The notes below the pieces were generated by a model that was given only the letters and a program-made list of their open reading frames with translations, ran no database searches and was not told where the DNA came from. Source: Fimbriosthenelais zetlandica (taxonomy: Eukaryota). From it: a stretch of DNA of 64,000 nucleotides. Every line of letters begins with the position of its first letter. Position 1 is the first letter of the stretch. Location: NCBI GenBank assembly GCA_977030845.1, contig OZ365110.1:35774001-35838000 (forward strand), in the 5' to 3' direction. The translations under genes and the position numbers were made by a program. Below, one piece after another: positions 39,200-53,700 of this stretch.

Positions 39200-40400
39200 A
39201 TTGATTAAATTAATCAGTTTTTGCAGCCTTGGCGACAAAATAAATAAGAGTATATTATGCCATCATCCATGTACCAGTTACAGGGGGATGGTTCCTTTAC
39301 ATGAGTAACACTGAGGCCGCCATGCCTAATCATGAAATACCAATCAGCCAGACACAGAAGTAATAGGCGTGGGAAAAACTTAAATTGATTCCATATGGCT
39401 AGATAAGCATTAGGCATACTCTGTGTAAGATAAATTGGGACCTGAAGCAGTCTCTAGTAGGGCCTTGCAACACACCAATGTACACCTTTTTCTTTCAAAA
39501 TCTGCAGGCCCTGTCTCAAATTCGCATCGGCCTCACGCCTTTCTATTCTTTGAAGTGATTGATAGGCCTAGTTCAAGTTCAACAATGGTATTACTAATGC
39601 ACCGAATAACATAAGCAGTTACTATAACAAGTATAGAGAATGAAGGTTACAGATCTGCATGATCTCGAGGTGTGCCTCGTCACGATCATAGATGATCTTT
39701 TATGTCCAATTCATTAGGACCAAGACTTTACACCACGAGCTAAATCAATGGATAAGCTCTCGTCTGTTAAAAAATATATCCATTCCAGAATGCTGCTTGA
39801 TATAATGGAATTGATTTTCAAAGATTAGTAGTTCCAATTATAGGATTAAACCTGAGCAATTTTATGTTGTATCGCTGATGGACTATTTTCATCTACGAGT
39901 CTTTTAATCTCCTAAGCCTGACATGGCACATTGCAAGGTTTAAATCCATTGGCCAGTGTTGGAAGCATTGGAACAACAGTATACCCATCTATAATTCACA
40001 TGCTCGTGTGAATAAGCAGGTCATGTTTGGCACCTTATCGGCGAAAGAATATGACTGATTCTAATAGAAAGATGGATCAGCTTGCCTTGGGAGGCTTGTA
40101 GCGTCAATAGCTCTACATCAGTTTTCAAACCAAGCGTGCTGCCTAAAGCGGACATTATTTGTATCAAGCCAGCAACTACTGATTGTAATATATTGACCAG
40201 GAGACGCCTCCATCTGTTTTGCCAACTCCCAGCATTGATCATTTATCCTGGAGAGGGGGTGGGGGGCGCATTAGAATCCTATTTCAGAAGATGCTTGTTA
40301 CCCGCGAGACTGCCTACCCCCTGCAATGCTTCCGGAGGGCTCACAACAAGGGAAAATAATCATATGATCTGCCGTGTCCATTATTAAATGATGGAATGGG
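39200..40400 (-). mobile_element. Decayed non-LTR RT remnant, possibly CRE/early-branching type
   Basis: WYMDDGII catalytic-like motif (ORF 39214-39417), preceded on the minus strand by IFENQFH (D..NAFN-like) and RWRRLLVNI (RRL..K-like). Confidence 0.35.
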
Positions 40401-42099
40401 TGGTTTGTAACCGAGTGAAAAAGTGGGCCGAACCTGAAAAATGTGCTCGTAACAGGAAGCTGAGGATAAGTGTTAGCTTTGGTTATTTTGGTAAGTAGGT
40501 CAGTCCAGATTAACGGATCGATGAGGAACAATTGACTTATTTTACGCTCTGTAGCTTGGCTTATTTATAAGGGAAGTTGGCAGTTAATGTCTAGTGGTTA
40601 AAAGAATGCTCATGATCGCTGGTCTTCTCCCATCGTCCGATTCAGTGCTATCAAGTTAAAAACAGCATAAAGTGGAGCCATGTTATTTCAAATGGAATGA
40701 TCGGAGCTATTACGCTTTCCATACCGATGGCAGTGTTGGCTGATTTATAGAGATTAAATCATTTAGCACATGTCACTGGTGGAGCTGTGTATCAGCCATA
40801 TACTGGACATTAATTAAAAAGCTTTGAATCAACATCAACATAAAAATGGAGTATTGCAAGTCAAATCTCCGTAGGGTATTGCATAGTCTGATAAACTTCG
40901 CATAAATCGAATAGATGCACTATTTTAGATGCAGCTATGAACCAGGAATGCGCCTTTATAAATGAGATATTTCCCCCTAAAAGATGATTTAAAGTCTATT
41001 CCAACTGCCATCAAACCATGTATTTAGTGCTACCAAATGCGTAAATGAATGACCTTCATTAAAGAGATATGATAGAGCATTCATCAAGAACGTAATTCCT
41101 TTTCATCAATTTCCCATTACTGTCGACTGCATTGCAAAGCAAACTCCCATTAAACAACTAACACTTTGCCTTATGCTTTTACTTTAGATAAAGCTGAAAA
41201 TATAGCAAATAGCTTTCATTTCGGCGAACATAGGCTGTTGCCACATGCAATTCCACAATTCCATTTACTACTCATGGAAGGTCGGGTAAATCCCATAGCA
41301 GATTTCATACACTATTTACCCATTTTTGTAATAACAAAGGTCCTCGCTTTGGATATGGAGTAAATGGTAGGTGAGAATCCTCGCAATCAGTGCACTGAGT
41401 GGATCACTTTCCTATTTGGCTTGGGTCGTAATAGACCACCTTTTGAGTCAATCAGTGAGTTGGGGGCATCAGCTGCATCGTATCCTTGCCTCTGAGGAAC
41501 ATGTCACTTTGTTCTCAGGTGCATTGTTGTCTCAGACTGAGTCTTGTTATCTAATCATGAGCATCGGCAGCTGTATTCACAACCCACTTAGCCCACTCCA
41601 GATCCTCTGTAAGTCTACCTGAAAGCAAGGGATATCAAAGCTACACTGGCCCAAACACCTTCTATACTCTTCCTTTCAGATGGATCTGAAGCGGAGGGAA
41701 CAGTCAAAGCAAACCAAGCACCATACAACCTACATATCATTGACGGTATAACATATTCTTTAAGATGTGAATCACATTCATAATTGCCTTTCCACACAAG
41801 CTTGCAGGCATTGGACATTGAAGGAGCTCTCCACTTAGATTGCATCGACCACTCGAGGCAATAGCGAGGCATTAATTTTAGAGCTTTGGAAGTGTGCAAT
41901 TGGGATGGTAACAAAGCTTTCATCTCACTAGCCTGTTTAATGCTACTCGCACCCCAGTAACGATGCGAGCAGCACTTCATTTCTCTAAGTAAATTGCAGC
42001 AATTAGCTACGGCTTGGAAGAGCTCAATTAGCCCATACTAACAAAGTAATGTGCTAACTATGGAGGACAGGTGCACAGTCAGCTTGTATTAGCTGGCCT

Positions 42100-44450
42100 G
42101 GCAATGACACCCAAAGTGTTCTCCTGATCAGCCACCTTCTCTTACTCATCGCCTCTTCCGTATATACACGCAGAAAAATGTGGAAATGAATTCGGGAATT
42201 TGAGTAGAGAATTTCCCCAAAACAGGTTTGCCAGAAAGGTTTAGAAGGTTACCATTAATAGCCTGAACCCACTGAGCTACGATCTCTGCTTGAACATGCT
42301 CAAAATAAGAAAGCAGAGTTTTCTGATCCATGACATACTCCACATACTTTTTTTTTTTTTTTTTTTTTTTTTACATACTTTTAAACATTTTGGATCGAAA
42401 TTGGATCTTAAAGCAGTTTGTAGGGAGATCGTAGCTCAGTTGGTTAAGGCTATAACGTTATTTGTTAACATTAATCTATGGACATTCTAAATTGTATATT
42501 ACATATGCAACATTTCCACTGGTGTTACTGATGATTGACATGGTCAGACGTTGGACCAATATGCCACATGTCCCAAGAGATGCCAACAGCTATAGTTCTT
42601 GGAGAAAGATCCCTTAAGTTGGCCCATAGTCTTCACATTACACGTTGAAGAGCTTGCATCAGGCCCAGACCAGGCCTAAGTCCTGAAGGAATGCTAGCAA
42701 AGCTTCTGGGATCTTTCTGGTGCCTCTAGAATGGCAGGCGTGTCGTTGTGGGTTGGTTCCATTGATGAATATGCTAACTGTGGTTGCAATGGGATACCTC
42801 TGTGTCCTCACTGTAGGGCTCAACAAATCCTCCTCCAGAGGATTATGTTTTGCCCCTATAAAGTCAGACTCGACCCATTCCTGACATGTGGTGCGATTGT
42901 ATAAAAGAGAATAACAAGGGCAAGGCCAGGTTTTAAATGACACAGAAGAGCAAACAGTGCTAGACAAGGGACATAATATTCCTCTTCAGGTCCTTTTTAT
43001 TGAGGTGACTCTATGTAGGTTGTGGACAAGAGGTTTTCAACGGCAACCAATAAGCACTTTTAGATACTTTTTCGTCAGTTAAATGACCTATCCTTCTGTT
43101 TCAAGCATCATATACCTGCATGCATGTCAACTATCCTCTGCATTGTTCAATTATGGATTGCCTTGTTTGGTCTATTGAGGTGTAATTGGTAATTACCAAC
43201 ATTCCGCGAGCCCTCAGTGCCTAGGGTCGTACGCAGTGCCCTTCACATCTCCTTGAGGTGTCACCAGGCACCAGCCAGAGGGATGAAGGCTCAACATGAA
43301 TAGACTAAGTGTCACCTTTGAAGTTGACCATGCACACCGAGGCAGTCAATCTCTGGTGTGTAGACACGCAAAGCCTTTGATTCCACCTCCATCTCTGCCC
43401 ACCCTCCTCCTGAGACACCTCAACGAGCCGTGCACCCCTCCAATGACGTAGCAGCCTCAGACTCGAGCATGGCTTCACAGAAGTATACAAGAGTCTTAGT
43501 GTAACCTTCCTGTTCATTAGCCACAAGCTGGAAAACCATGACAGGCTATACCTGTTTCCAGCTCTCCTTTCCAAGCAGCTAATGCCTTTGAGTTGAAAGT
43601 CACGCGCATCAGGGAGGTTTGGTGTCGTCTCATCACTGTGTAGTGTCTGCCGGGAGATGAAGGCAAAGAGGAAGCCAGAAAATGGCTTCTCCTCATCACA
43701 GCTTTGGTGATGGGAACTGTATGTTCCGGCCATCGAAAAATATGAGCATAAAACATCCATGACAGACGTCTCAATGTAAGAGAGATTTACATGCTTCGCA
43801 GGACATAATGACATTGAGTATTCTTATCATTATGTCAGATTATTTATTATACAAAAGTACAAAATATTCCTTTGGAATGATCACATTATGACAGTTGAAA
43901 TAACCACGATAATTGAAATAGTCGATAGTTTTAATTTAAGAAAAGTATAACGTCTAAATTCCTACCTTGGGTAATGTTTTTTTCTAACTGTATACCCTGG
44001 GTAAATATATGTATTCGTTCAGGACATATGGGGCGTCAATGAAAAAGAGGTATCCATGACAACGGGAAAAAACATGAAGACGTCATCCACTGAGAGTGGA
44101 TATATATGAAAGGGAAGGAATATGAAGAAGGCATACTATATATAAAAACACAGGGTGTCACTAAAATATAAGGTGCCTGCTGGGGAAAGTTGCGCTAATT
44201 ATTCCTGAAACGTATATATACAGATGCTGATGCTGAAAAAATTCCCGGAAGAAAATAAGGAAATAAAAACAACCTATATTTAAAGCAATACCTTACCGTA
44301 TGAGAATATTTAGCTAATACATCAAACGAGTTCTTAACTCTTTGTCAAAAATCATTCCCGTTGCAAGGACTCCTCGTCAGATTGGCTATATCAAAGAAGA
44401 AGAGAGGGTTCTTTAAGACGCCTCACTTTCAGTTTCTTTTTCTTGAAAGT
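42100..44450 (-). mobile_element. Decayed Gypsy pol (RT, RNase H, integrase) with a nested MITE
   Basis: SVDDVF (RT), DARDFQLKG...ERR...LYTSVKP (RNase H DAS..GLG / TDHKP), WVESDFIG...RYP, EDYGP (SDNGP), LGKFSTQIP (GR..RT.IP). Confidence 0.5.
42261..42450. mobile_element. MITE family X, copy 2, TA-flanked
   Basis: TA|gcctgaacccactgagctacgatctc ... gagatcgtagctcagttggttaaggc|TA: ~26-bp TIRs. Homologous to 4280-4487. Confidence 0.75.
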
Positions 44451-45899
44451 CTAACAGGCTTAAAGTATAGGAGATGATGGGACGATATGTAAATCTAGGT
44501 CTTACATGCTGGGCAGTAAGGGGTGGTGGTTGGTGAGAGGCTGGAGAGGTCTCTGTTTACGTCAGTCAGTAATCAGGCAGCATGATTGGTTGGTCAGTGT
44601 ATTGAATTTCTGTCCTTGGAAGCGACCCCCTAGCACAGCACCAGTCACCCCGCCCTCTCCTTCATCACTCCAATGCCTACGGGCAAGCGTCTACTTCAGA
44701 ACTCAGGCAATACAAAACCCTGGAAGCTGGGGCATATCGGGCTGGGGTGGCTTCAGATTTGGGCCTTGTTCTGTAGGCTGTAGGTAATTCGGTTATAAAC
44801 AGCGAAAGGTCTCCGTGACTAGGTGCGTGCTTTGAGGCAAGCCTCATGCGAACCTGTAGCATATAGGTCTTTTGATATCAAGTCAGGTCATTGGAGAGCA
44901 AGGCAGCTGTATGTGGAAATGGACTAGGCGTATTATTTTTCCTGAAGACAAACGGGCACAAGTAGTCATCATTTTGAACAGAAGACATTTCCATGTAGAT
45001 ATCTAAGAGCTCTGAGGCCTGTTTCAAAATGAATATTAGCCATAGGCTTAGCTCATTGCTAATATTCCTTTTGAAACAGGCTCCTGGTATACATGTATTG
45101 AAATTTCATTTTGGGGCCAGGGTTCTCAGTGCGATGCGGACTTTCATGAATCTGTTATAATAATGATGATTGCACAGCTATTATAGGTTGAAGTTTCTGC
45201 ACATTCAGCAAAAAAGGCCAAGTCTTGGCAAATGGCTTTAGTGGCTAGATGATGTACATGGGGGACTCTTTGTCTTCTATAATCAACCTGCATTAAAATT
45301 AATCAGCAACGAGTACTGCTAGTATAGTATCATGAATCCAATCAGGACGACACTCTGTCTTGCATGAAACAATCATTTACATAGATTGCCGTTAGGTGTG
45401 CTCCTTGCCTGCCTTATTGAGGAGATCCTAATGCTCTAATAAAGTAATATAATCACCACCATGGTGAGGTTAATTAACACTGATGCATATCCTTGCTGAT
45501 AAATGGATGCTCTGCCATGCAGTCTCATAGAGTTACCTTTAAACTACGAGTGTTCTGGTATCGATGGCTAAGGTGCGACTCTAATCCTTATTTGATGTGA
45601 TCAGAACCGTACCAAGCACAATGGCCATCGTCATCCCCTACACTCTCTAGATCTCCTATTGATTATCTCCACATCGATGCCTACCTCACTCAAGTAAATA
45701 TATTCCATTGATCCATGGCTATTCTTTCCATTTTCACTGCCCTCCTACATGGTATTGCTATTAAGCAGAGATAACCAAAAGCAATTAAATATAACATGAG
45801 AAGTTTCGGGCAACTTTGCACAGGGAATGATGCATGTGTGGTATTATTTTACGTGCCAGACAAAGGTTGCTCTCTCAGCCATTGATTAATGTGGCCGCG

Positions 45900-47200
45900 A
45901 TAAATTCTTTACTTGCAGACACGTCAGGAAGCAAATCCAGCTTGATAAATATCTTAGAACGACTTCCATCATGATTTAATGACGGAGAAAATATTTTGTA
46001 ATTGATCAATGTCACAGAATGGGCTTGTGACCAATAATGACATATCCATCACGGCTAAGACTGGTCGGCAGGGTAAGGGGCTGGTATATTGCAGTGCATC
46101 AAGCGGTGAATTATGGAATATCAAAACACATGACAAATAGGCAAGGAGGCAGTGTGTGACCTATGAGATCCGGATCTTAGTGGAGAGGGTAACCATGGCC
46201 ACAGCCATGGCACATCCCCCTTCTATAGCTTGCCTCTAGCCTTCAGTGTGAAGATAGGCAGAGTATATGTATAGGACCAGGGGCATCTAGAAGAAACTAA
46301 TTGCAACAGTAATTGACTGACCTAGACAGGGCCTGGGGAGGTCAGGGGGTCTGCCCCTTGAGACCCGACACTGTCCCTTTAAAAAGTACGGTTTTGAGAT
46401 CAGAAAACCGACCCGGTTTAACGTTACATTGCTTATATCAAGCATGGTGCTGCCCTCCGGTAAGCCTTGAGAGAGGATGCAGCGTATTTACATGGTAATT
46501 TATAGCATGTGCTATTACAATATATCATGGATAATTGGATGCTAATTCCAAGTAATACGAAAGGAAATCCTTTCAAAGAGGCGCTCTTCCTTGACTAAAT
46601 GAATTTAACATCAGCATTAGTTCTGTCGCTGAAGGCTGCGATAATTTGAATTATTGCATGAAAACAAAAATTTCTCTGACATTCCCAAAGAGGAAAAGGA
46701 CAGATGTCATTCCACGCATTAAATAAGCTTTGGAATGCGACATCCTTGTCTGCCTTGTCTTGGCTGACATTGCATGGCGTGCTGAGAAAAGGGGAATATC
46801 ATTTTTATTAATTCCTCCTTCTAGACATCGCCAGTTCCGGCCAGCGTTTTCCCATTTAACGAATACTAATTCCACACTTCTTATGAAAAGGAATGCTCCC
46901 ACTCTCAAGCTGCCTGCTTAGCTCTCACGGATGAGCTCCGAGGCATGTTCCCGAGGCCAGCTTTTGGAGAGGAAAGTCGCTCCTGACTAACCTTGCCTCG
47001 GAGATGTTGTCTAGCCTTGCCTCGTGGCAAATGCGCTTGAAGCACCAGTTTCTGCTGATAGATGTTGCCCCAAGTGACACCAAATATTCTGCCCATAGAG
47101 GCAGTGATGTCGACCTCACTTTGTTCATTACTGGCTGGGCACCCAAGAAGACATTGACGTGCCATTTCCTATTAAATATAGATTAACTTGAGAGGACTTA
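45900..47200 (-). mobile_element. Decayed DIRS1-type remnant (RNase H, MT, YR)
   Basis: RSTSL...ISRNWC, HEARLDNISEARLVR (H.PG.DN..AD.LSR), PLFSARH (DLFA.R.N), SQGLPEGST, YFLKG, STKIRIS*V (SARR.SE). Confidence 0.45.
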
Positions 47201-49199
47201 ATAGAAAATCTTGTTAAATCTCAACTACGTCAATCCGTTCTGATTAAAGTGAGTAACGAGGGTCAAAACACTATAGTCTATGTACATACTAGAAATACTG
47301 GTTGCATGGGCTACCCAGAGGAAATAATATATGATATTTTCTTGTAAAAAAGAACATAGATACCATCTAGCTACAGATCCTTCCTAAGAAGGTTAAACAA
47401 GATTATTTTGTGTATATATATTCGCAAGATATTAGATTAAACCCATCATTTTGTACTGGTGTAGTCCCCTATATCTGTTTTGGGTATCTACAACCAATAA
47501 AAGGGTGATATTTAAACAAAAACACCAAAGTATAATAAGTAGTATCGGACAGTCTAAACAGGAAATTATATTGAAATGAACCAACGGAACATTTTTTTCC
47601 ACTTCTAAAAAGTGCGTGAAGACATTATCTAGTCAATCGCAGATAAAGTGGACTGATGAAATTCGAACAAGTTTTAGGTTTTAATTCAATTCTAGAGCTA
47701 GCTGAATGTAAAAAGATATGACAAGCGAGATGATAAATGTTTGTAATAGAATCCATCAATTGGGTGATTATGCTTTTCGAATCAAATAAAGTGATAATGA
47801 TCTCATTGGCAAACCGCCTTGTGTACAGTTGTCAAGGTAACCTGGCTTTGGGTTTCAGTACACAGAAGCTTGAGACTGTTTGTCTTAGGCAGCAAAAACT
47901 GTAGAACCGACCAAACGCCAAAGCCCAATCGATGAGGCTGTTCTATTCTCACATAAAACAGAGCAAACAGTAGGGATTTGGAATAATATAATCACGCCAA
48001 TCATTTCCCAATCCCTTGAGTAATTCTTCATATCATAAGACAGCTCCCTTCATATGATTAGGTCCTTCAATGGGAAGCATCAAGGGAGATTATTTTTAAC
48101 TAGGGATTTGCTTAAAAGCTGTAAGTCCCCTTATCATTTCTTTGATGTGCAATAAGTGCCCATTCTACCAAGCTATGGAGCAATTCCTAATTTATTAATT
48201 ATTAATGGCATGGTTGATGGTCGCTAACAAAGAAGTTCATTATAATCTTTCCTCCTCAGTACTTTTTCAGTTCCCCTCAACTCTCTCACTGAAAATAACA
48301 CTTAATAACATAGATTTGTCATATTCCAAAGCTTATAAAAGTTAATAATCGAAGTTAAAAATCTGTAAGCAACGATGCTCAAGTCTCTTTTCAGAAGGGG
48401 ACTACAGAAACGAACAAACCAAGATTTTACAGGAAATGAAATGGAAAGACAAAAAATTGGCCAGGAGAACAGAAGATAAAACTGGTTGAGACTACATTTC
48501 AACCAAGGATTGTGCAAGCATTTGATGCCTCAACAATGGCTATTTGAGGCTATGGAGGAATGAGGTGGGCCAGCTCCAAAAAGAAACGAGGGAGGAGGTG
48601 AATGGAAATGAAGGCAGAGCCTTGACTTGAATATCTGTTTGTCCTTAATCAGGCTGACAAACCCCTGAGCCCACTTGCGTGGCCAGCCGATGAATTGATT
48701 CCTCTCACACCCATCCTCAGCACGCAATCAACTAATACACTTTTGTCTTAAGAGCCCATTGGTTTTTGTTATGTATTAGGAATGTCAGCTCTTAAGCTCA
48801 ATAGATTATCATGTTCCTATTTAATGTGGGCTACTACACTTCCCTTCTCCTGCAGGAGGTAAAAATCAATACATTTCTTTCTTCTTCTCTTGTTAGTGAT
48901 CACATTTTTTGTCATCTTTCCTCGGTCCATTACCACCAGTCATCTTCTACACGGCTCTCCTATGGTTTCTCTTTATGAAAGCTTATGTTCTCTTGTCAGA
49001 CAGTGGCTGTCAGTAACACTGGCACCACGCTGATGAAGCATCCATATTCGATTTCCAGAACCACACTTGGTGCTGTAGGGCCCTTTCCACTTGCCCATCC
49101 CTGTGCCCATCACATCAACCTGTCCCCTTACTTCACCTTCTTCAACTCCCCCTTTACATCCTATCCACTTCCTGTCCCACCCTCCGTCTCATCCGCCTT

Positions 49200-51800
49200 T
49201 GGCTCGCCTCACAATATCTGTATTCAGTTGGGGTCCTGAGCTTCCATGGAGCCTTCCTGGTGAGGATTATGTTTTGTGGCTCTGCCAAAAGACGATGTCA
49301 TGGAAAATGATCTTCTGCATACACAGACCTTGGTCATCACGTTACAGTCTAGAGGGAAATAAAAGGCCTCTATATGCATATAGTTCAGGCATAACGCCGG
49401 TGGATGTCCGAAGATGGCTCATGTTTTTAGTGTCCGAGCCTTCCCGCCTTCAGCTTTCTAAAGAAATATCGTATACTCCAATGATCAACTGTAGCCTGAA
49501 GGTGTTGACACATATAACAATGGGAGTGTTCCTATAAATTATTTGCAGGCTTGGGTTCTCGATGAATGGGGTATATAATAAATTATCATAAAACCAATTC
49601 TCAGACAACGTTATTGTTATTTTACTGTCTGTTGAGCTCTCTTTCAGTGATAACAAACCATAAACTATAGTGAAAATATATGGATAAAACGTTCGATACA
49701 ATCTACAATCTGATGAGGCTTACATTGTACAATTTAGCTGTCAATCTTTTTGCCTCTAATTGTGACAGCTCTTTCACAGCCATTTTACACAGAAGACCTT
49801 ATACTACTGATATATATTTTAATTTCTAAAAAACAATACAACCAGAAGATTTATTGTCATGTCTCTGGCATAAAGCTGTGTTTTCTCTCTATATATATCC
49901 TTTTGCTTCAGACACTTGTATTACAAAGAGTGCTCTAGAATTTCTCATGAATTTGTACCGTGCCTCTTATATTTAAGGTATGAAATACCGTTCTGACGTT
50001 CTTTTGCCTGTCATCGAAAACCAATGTTCGGATATTTGTGCAATGTACATGGCTGGAAAAACACTATCTGATTATACCATCTATCACGGCCAATCTTTAT
50101 GTAAATACCACCTCCTGTCTAAAAACAATCCCGTTTTGCCTGTCAGTGCATTTCCTGGTTGCTCCGGAGCGAAGCCATCAAGAGCGAGGAGATTAATATA
50201 TGGATGTTTCCCAATGGTTGGAAGCCACTTGGTTGGCCCTTTATCCCTAACTGCTGGTGTAACATGATTGCCATGTTCACATTGGCTTGTCCAGGATGAT
50301 ATTTTTCTCCATCCAGTAGGTTGAGCATTGCTAGCCATCAATCATGGAAGTATCTTCATGGGTGATTTGGGATGGAACCCGACTGGCATCTATCATATAG
50401 CTTATCATCGCTTGCAGAGGCACCTTTGATGACCAGCCCGCTACCAGACCCCGGAGAAGTCACTATATATACCTCTCTAACATGATGTAGCTCAGCTAGT
50501 ATAGGCAGCGAGGCTTACAGGAGGACATTATAAGCCAGACTCTAAGCACAACATGCTATACCTCCAACAACATTGTTTATAGCAGGAAACATAGTGTTGC
50601 AACAATAGTGAATTGGGCCTCATAAGCTAGAACATGAACATACGGCATGAATCACTGCTTGCTTTTCTATCCACATTCCCTCCATGAGTAGTTGTAGATG
50701 AAAGTAAGTACAATCAAAAATTTTAAATTGTGCAGCCATGTTCTGTTATGAACAAACAAAGCTTAAATAGGCTTATCGATCCATTCATTTGGCATTGACT
50801 GAACAATTTATGAGGAATCGTTACGCTGGTCTTTGGATCATAAATGCATCAATGCTTTAATGGGTTTCGCATCGTTTCAAATGCCATTATTGACTTGTCT
50901 GCTATTCCCAAACCTTGCAGCGTTTTTAAGTTCTAAGCCAAACTGGTGTCTGTACAACAAAGTGTCTGAAAGCCATTTGATGTAACAATGAAGTTACATC
51001 GCCCGGAAGAGCTATATAGCAGTGAGGCGTTCATTGACCTGGGAAGAGGTCAATGCTAGCTGACCTGAAAGGCTTGTCATTTCTGGAGAAGCCCGCCTGT
51101 AAAATCACATTTGATCCCAGCTGTGGATAGACAAGGGCACTGTCCATACATGACCTAGTCTTCAAGTAATCCGAGGCCAATTCCATCATCAATAAGGATC
51201 CGGCGCAGCCGTGTCCATCTGCTATAAACACCATCAAACATGGCCATTTCTCGTTTGTTATTGTTGATCAAGCTGGCTCATGGGAGGCATTAGAAGGACT
51301 ACTGGTGACGGCGGTTTGCGATGGAAATGTAACATTGTCATGCTCACAGGGCAAGGCTCAAGTATGCTCAGAAACAAGACCCTACGCTGGGGGAAAATAT
51401 GATAGCACATATTTATCTGCTATCTTGGCTGAGGCCAGGCTGGAGCAGCCGTGGTCATTGCTTGCCAGATGATTGGAGACTGGTCGAGGCTGATTCGCAA
51501 GTATTGATTCCAGTGCGAGCCTCCTTCGATGGCTTGGGTGGTGACTGGACCCTTGGGGCCTCCGACCAGATTGCTGTTCCCAGAAACGTCATTTTCTGGA
51601 TCGCAGTGTTAATGTTCACCAGATTGTATGTATGTGGGATGGGTTGAGCCTTAAAGCCATTGATGCAAGTGTATTGACTGTGAACCTGTTCGTCAATAGT
51701 GTTCAACTCACTCCTCACATCCACAGGCATATAATAGTGAATTCTGCTCAAACCAGCATATACACATATCTTAAAGGTTCCCACGGAGTTGCAGGGTAGT
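49200..51800 (-). mobile_element. Decayed DIRS remnant (RT, RNase H, start of YR)
   Basis: IHYYMPV...QYTCINGFKAQP (AY.H.P...YQF..LPFGL..AP), KWLPTIGKHPYINLLALDGFAP (G.W....HIN.LEL...F.P), RYFFRKLKAGRL (FL..L...GL). Confidence 0.45.
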
Positions 51801-52399
51801 GAAAGGTTACTATCAGAAGGTCAAGATAGAAATACGAGTACTTTCATTTCCCAGACTACGTGAAAAGTGTTCATTATAAACTGACAAAACAGACCTATAA
51901 TATTTGGCTATACGATACCTATACGATGGGCTATCATTCACATATAGATTGAGCATTACATTTAAACGGGTGTAGCTCCCAATAAAAATACCATCGCATT
52001 CAATCAATTCCTTTACTTAGTTCAGCTGAGAAGAGCCTTTGCTTTAGACCTCCTAATTTATCTAATTAATCAGAAAGATACGGCTGAACTCAGGTTGATT
52101 TAATGTAGGGCAGTGTGAGTGTCAGTCAGAGGTGAGGTTTACCATAGCTTAGTGTCTCTCTGGTGGACCTCTAGGCCTGTCTCTATCCAATCTGATTACC
52201 CCACCTGCTCGCTAACAGCTCACTCTCGTGACATATCTAGGAGAGCAGCTCAGCCTGCCCCAGAATAGACATGCTCATTTACCCCTGGCAGCATATGTAA
52301 TTATGTAATTTATATGCTAGCAAAGCTTCGGGGTAAACCGTTGAACTATTCATACACGAATATGTAAGACAAACCCTGGACTAAATTTGGCTGAGGTTT

Positions 52400-53700
52400 G
52401 AAAAATTAGGGTATGACAAGATAGAGGCACCAATGTGTCTATTCATATCTGGCTCTTACGAAGCCTGTATTCATACAACCATAATCCATACGAAATGGCA
52501 TCCTACAAGGATTTAACAATACGAGGTTTGATGATATAATTTCCACAGTTTTGGCGTTAAAATACGCAAATACGCTTAGGATGATATTCCTGAAAATACA
52601 ATGTTCAGCTTTTGATGATGTAAGTAATGAGTCATGTATGGTCATAAATCATGACATACTCTTCGTTTCGCATGATGGCTATACTTTAAGAGGGACTAGT
52701 GAGAATCAATCACTGTCCGTATGGGAATACCAGGCTACATTGATAACCGGTAATAACAGCATTCACTCGAAACCTGGCAGTAATGATCCTGTACTTGGTG
52801 CATTTGACACAGATGATATCAACTAGGAAAAATGAGCAAGTCAGATTTTCATTGAAGGGCATCTTAGCTGCAGCTAAAACCACAAAACAGTTTTCCCTTC
52901 TTTAAGACCAAGGAGAAGCTCGATCAGTTCAGGAACTCTGGTTACCCCCTCCTCATCAAAGGTGGAATCACGCACCTGTATCTTTACAGAAAAAAACCCG
53001 ATAGTCTCCTCAAAGATACATCACAACCACAACAGACTGCTCCTGCCTCAATTTTGAATGCAGCGAAGGAAGCCTATTCCTTCCACAGTTCCCTCCTTTT
53101 CTAATGTTGCACGGCTATTACCCTCATAGATCTACCTCTGGCACTCTGGGGAGACGGAGGCAGACGTGGCCTAGCATTCCTATACCCTGTTAAGTCCCAG
53201 TGACTGATTTGCAAATGGCAAACCCACAAAACCGGCAGTGTCCCAGTGATCTTCTTTTGCATTTATCAGAAGCCATAGGGGTCAGAGCAAGGTTGCTGGT
53301 TAATCTAAACCAATCTGTATACCCAAAAGATGCACAACCTGGGACCTGGGTCTCTCCGAAGAAAAATGTGCTCCATGAACCCCATAGATTAAACATTGGC
53401 AAGTGTGACACACCTTTGGTTATGAAACGAACTCCTGCTGATGTCTTTTCATAAAGTATCCACCGTAGTCTTGAATATAAATTCTCATGGGAAGAATCTG
53501 TATTTGGCTGAAGCCCTGACAGGGGGTGATAATCACACCACAGGTTTTTCCTCCAATTCTTCCAGATTATTTCGCTGGGGCCTGGCGGGGTCTGGAGCTG
53601 TTTCACACTCCCTCAGTCAGCATCCATCAGAGACTTATGGATTTCAAATACCTCAGTAGGTCCTGTCACACTGCGGAGCACAGACCATTCCCTCTTCCTG
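52400..53700 (-). mobile_element. Decayed LINE ORF2 remnant
   Basis: FITKGVSH (GVPQG-like), then FAYFNAKTV...LV...RMDYG (F.Y....LY..LVRP.LDY). Confidence 0.45.

Noticed and set aside
42426-42452. gatcgtagctcagttggttaaggc as a tRNA gene
   Set aside because: Only an A-box-like stretch with no B box or cloverleaf; it is the MITE TIR.
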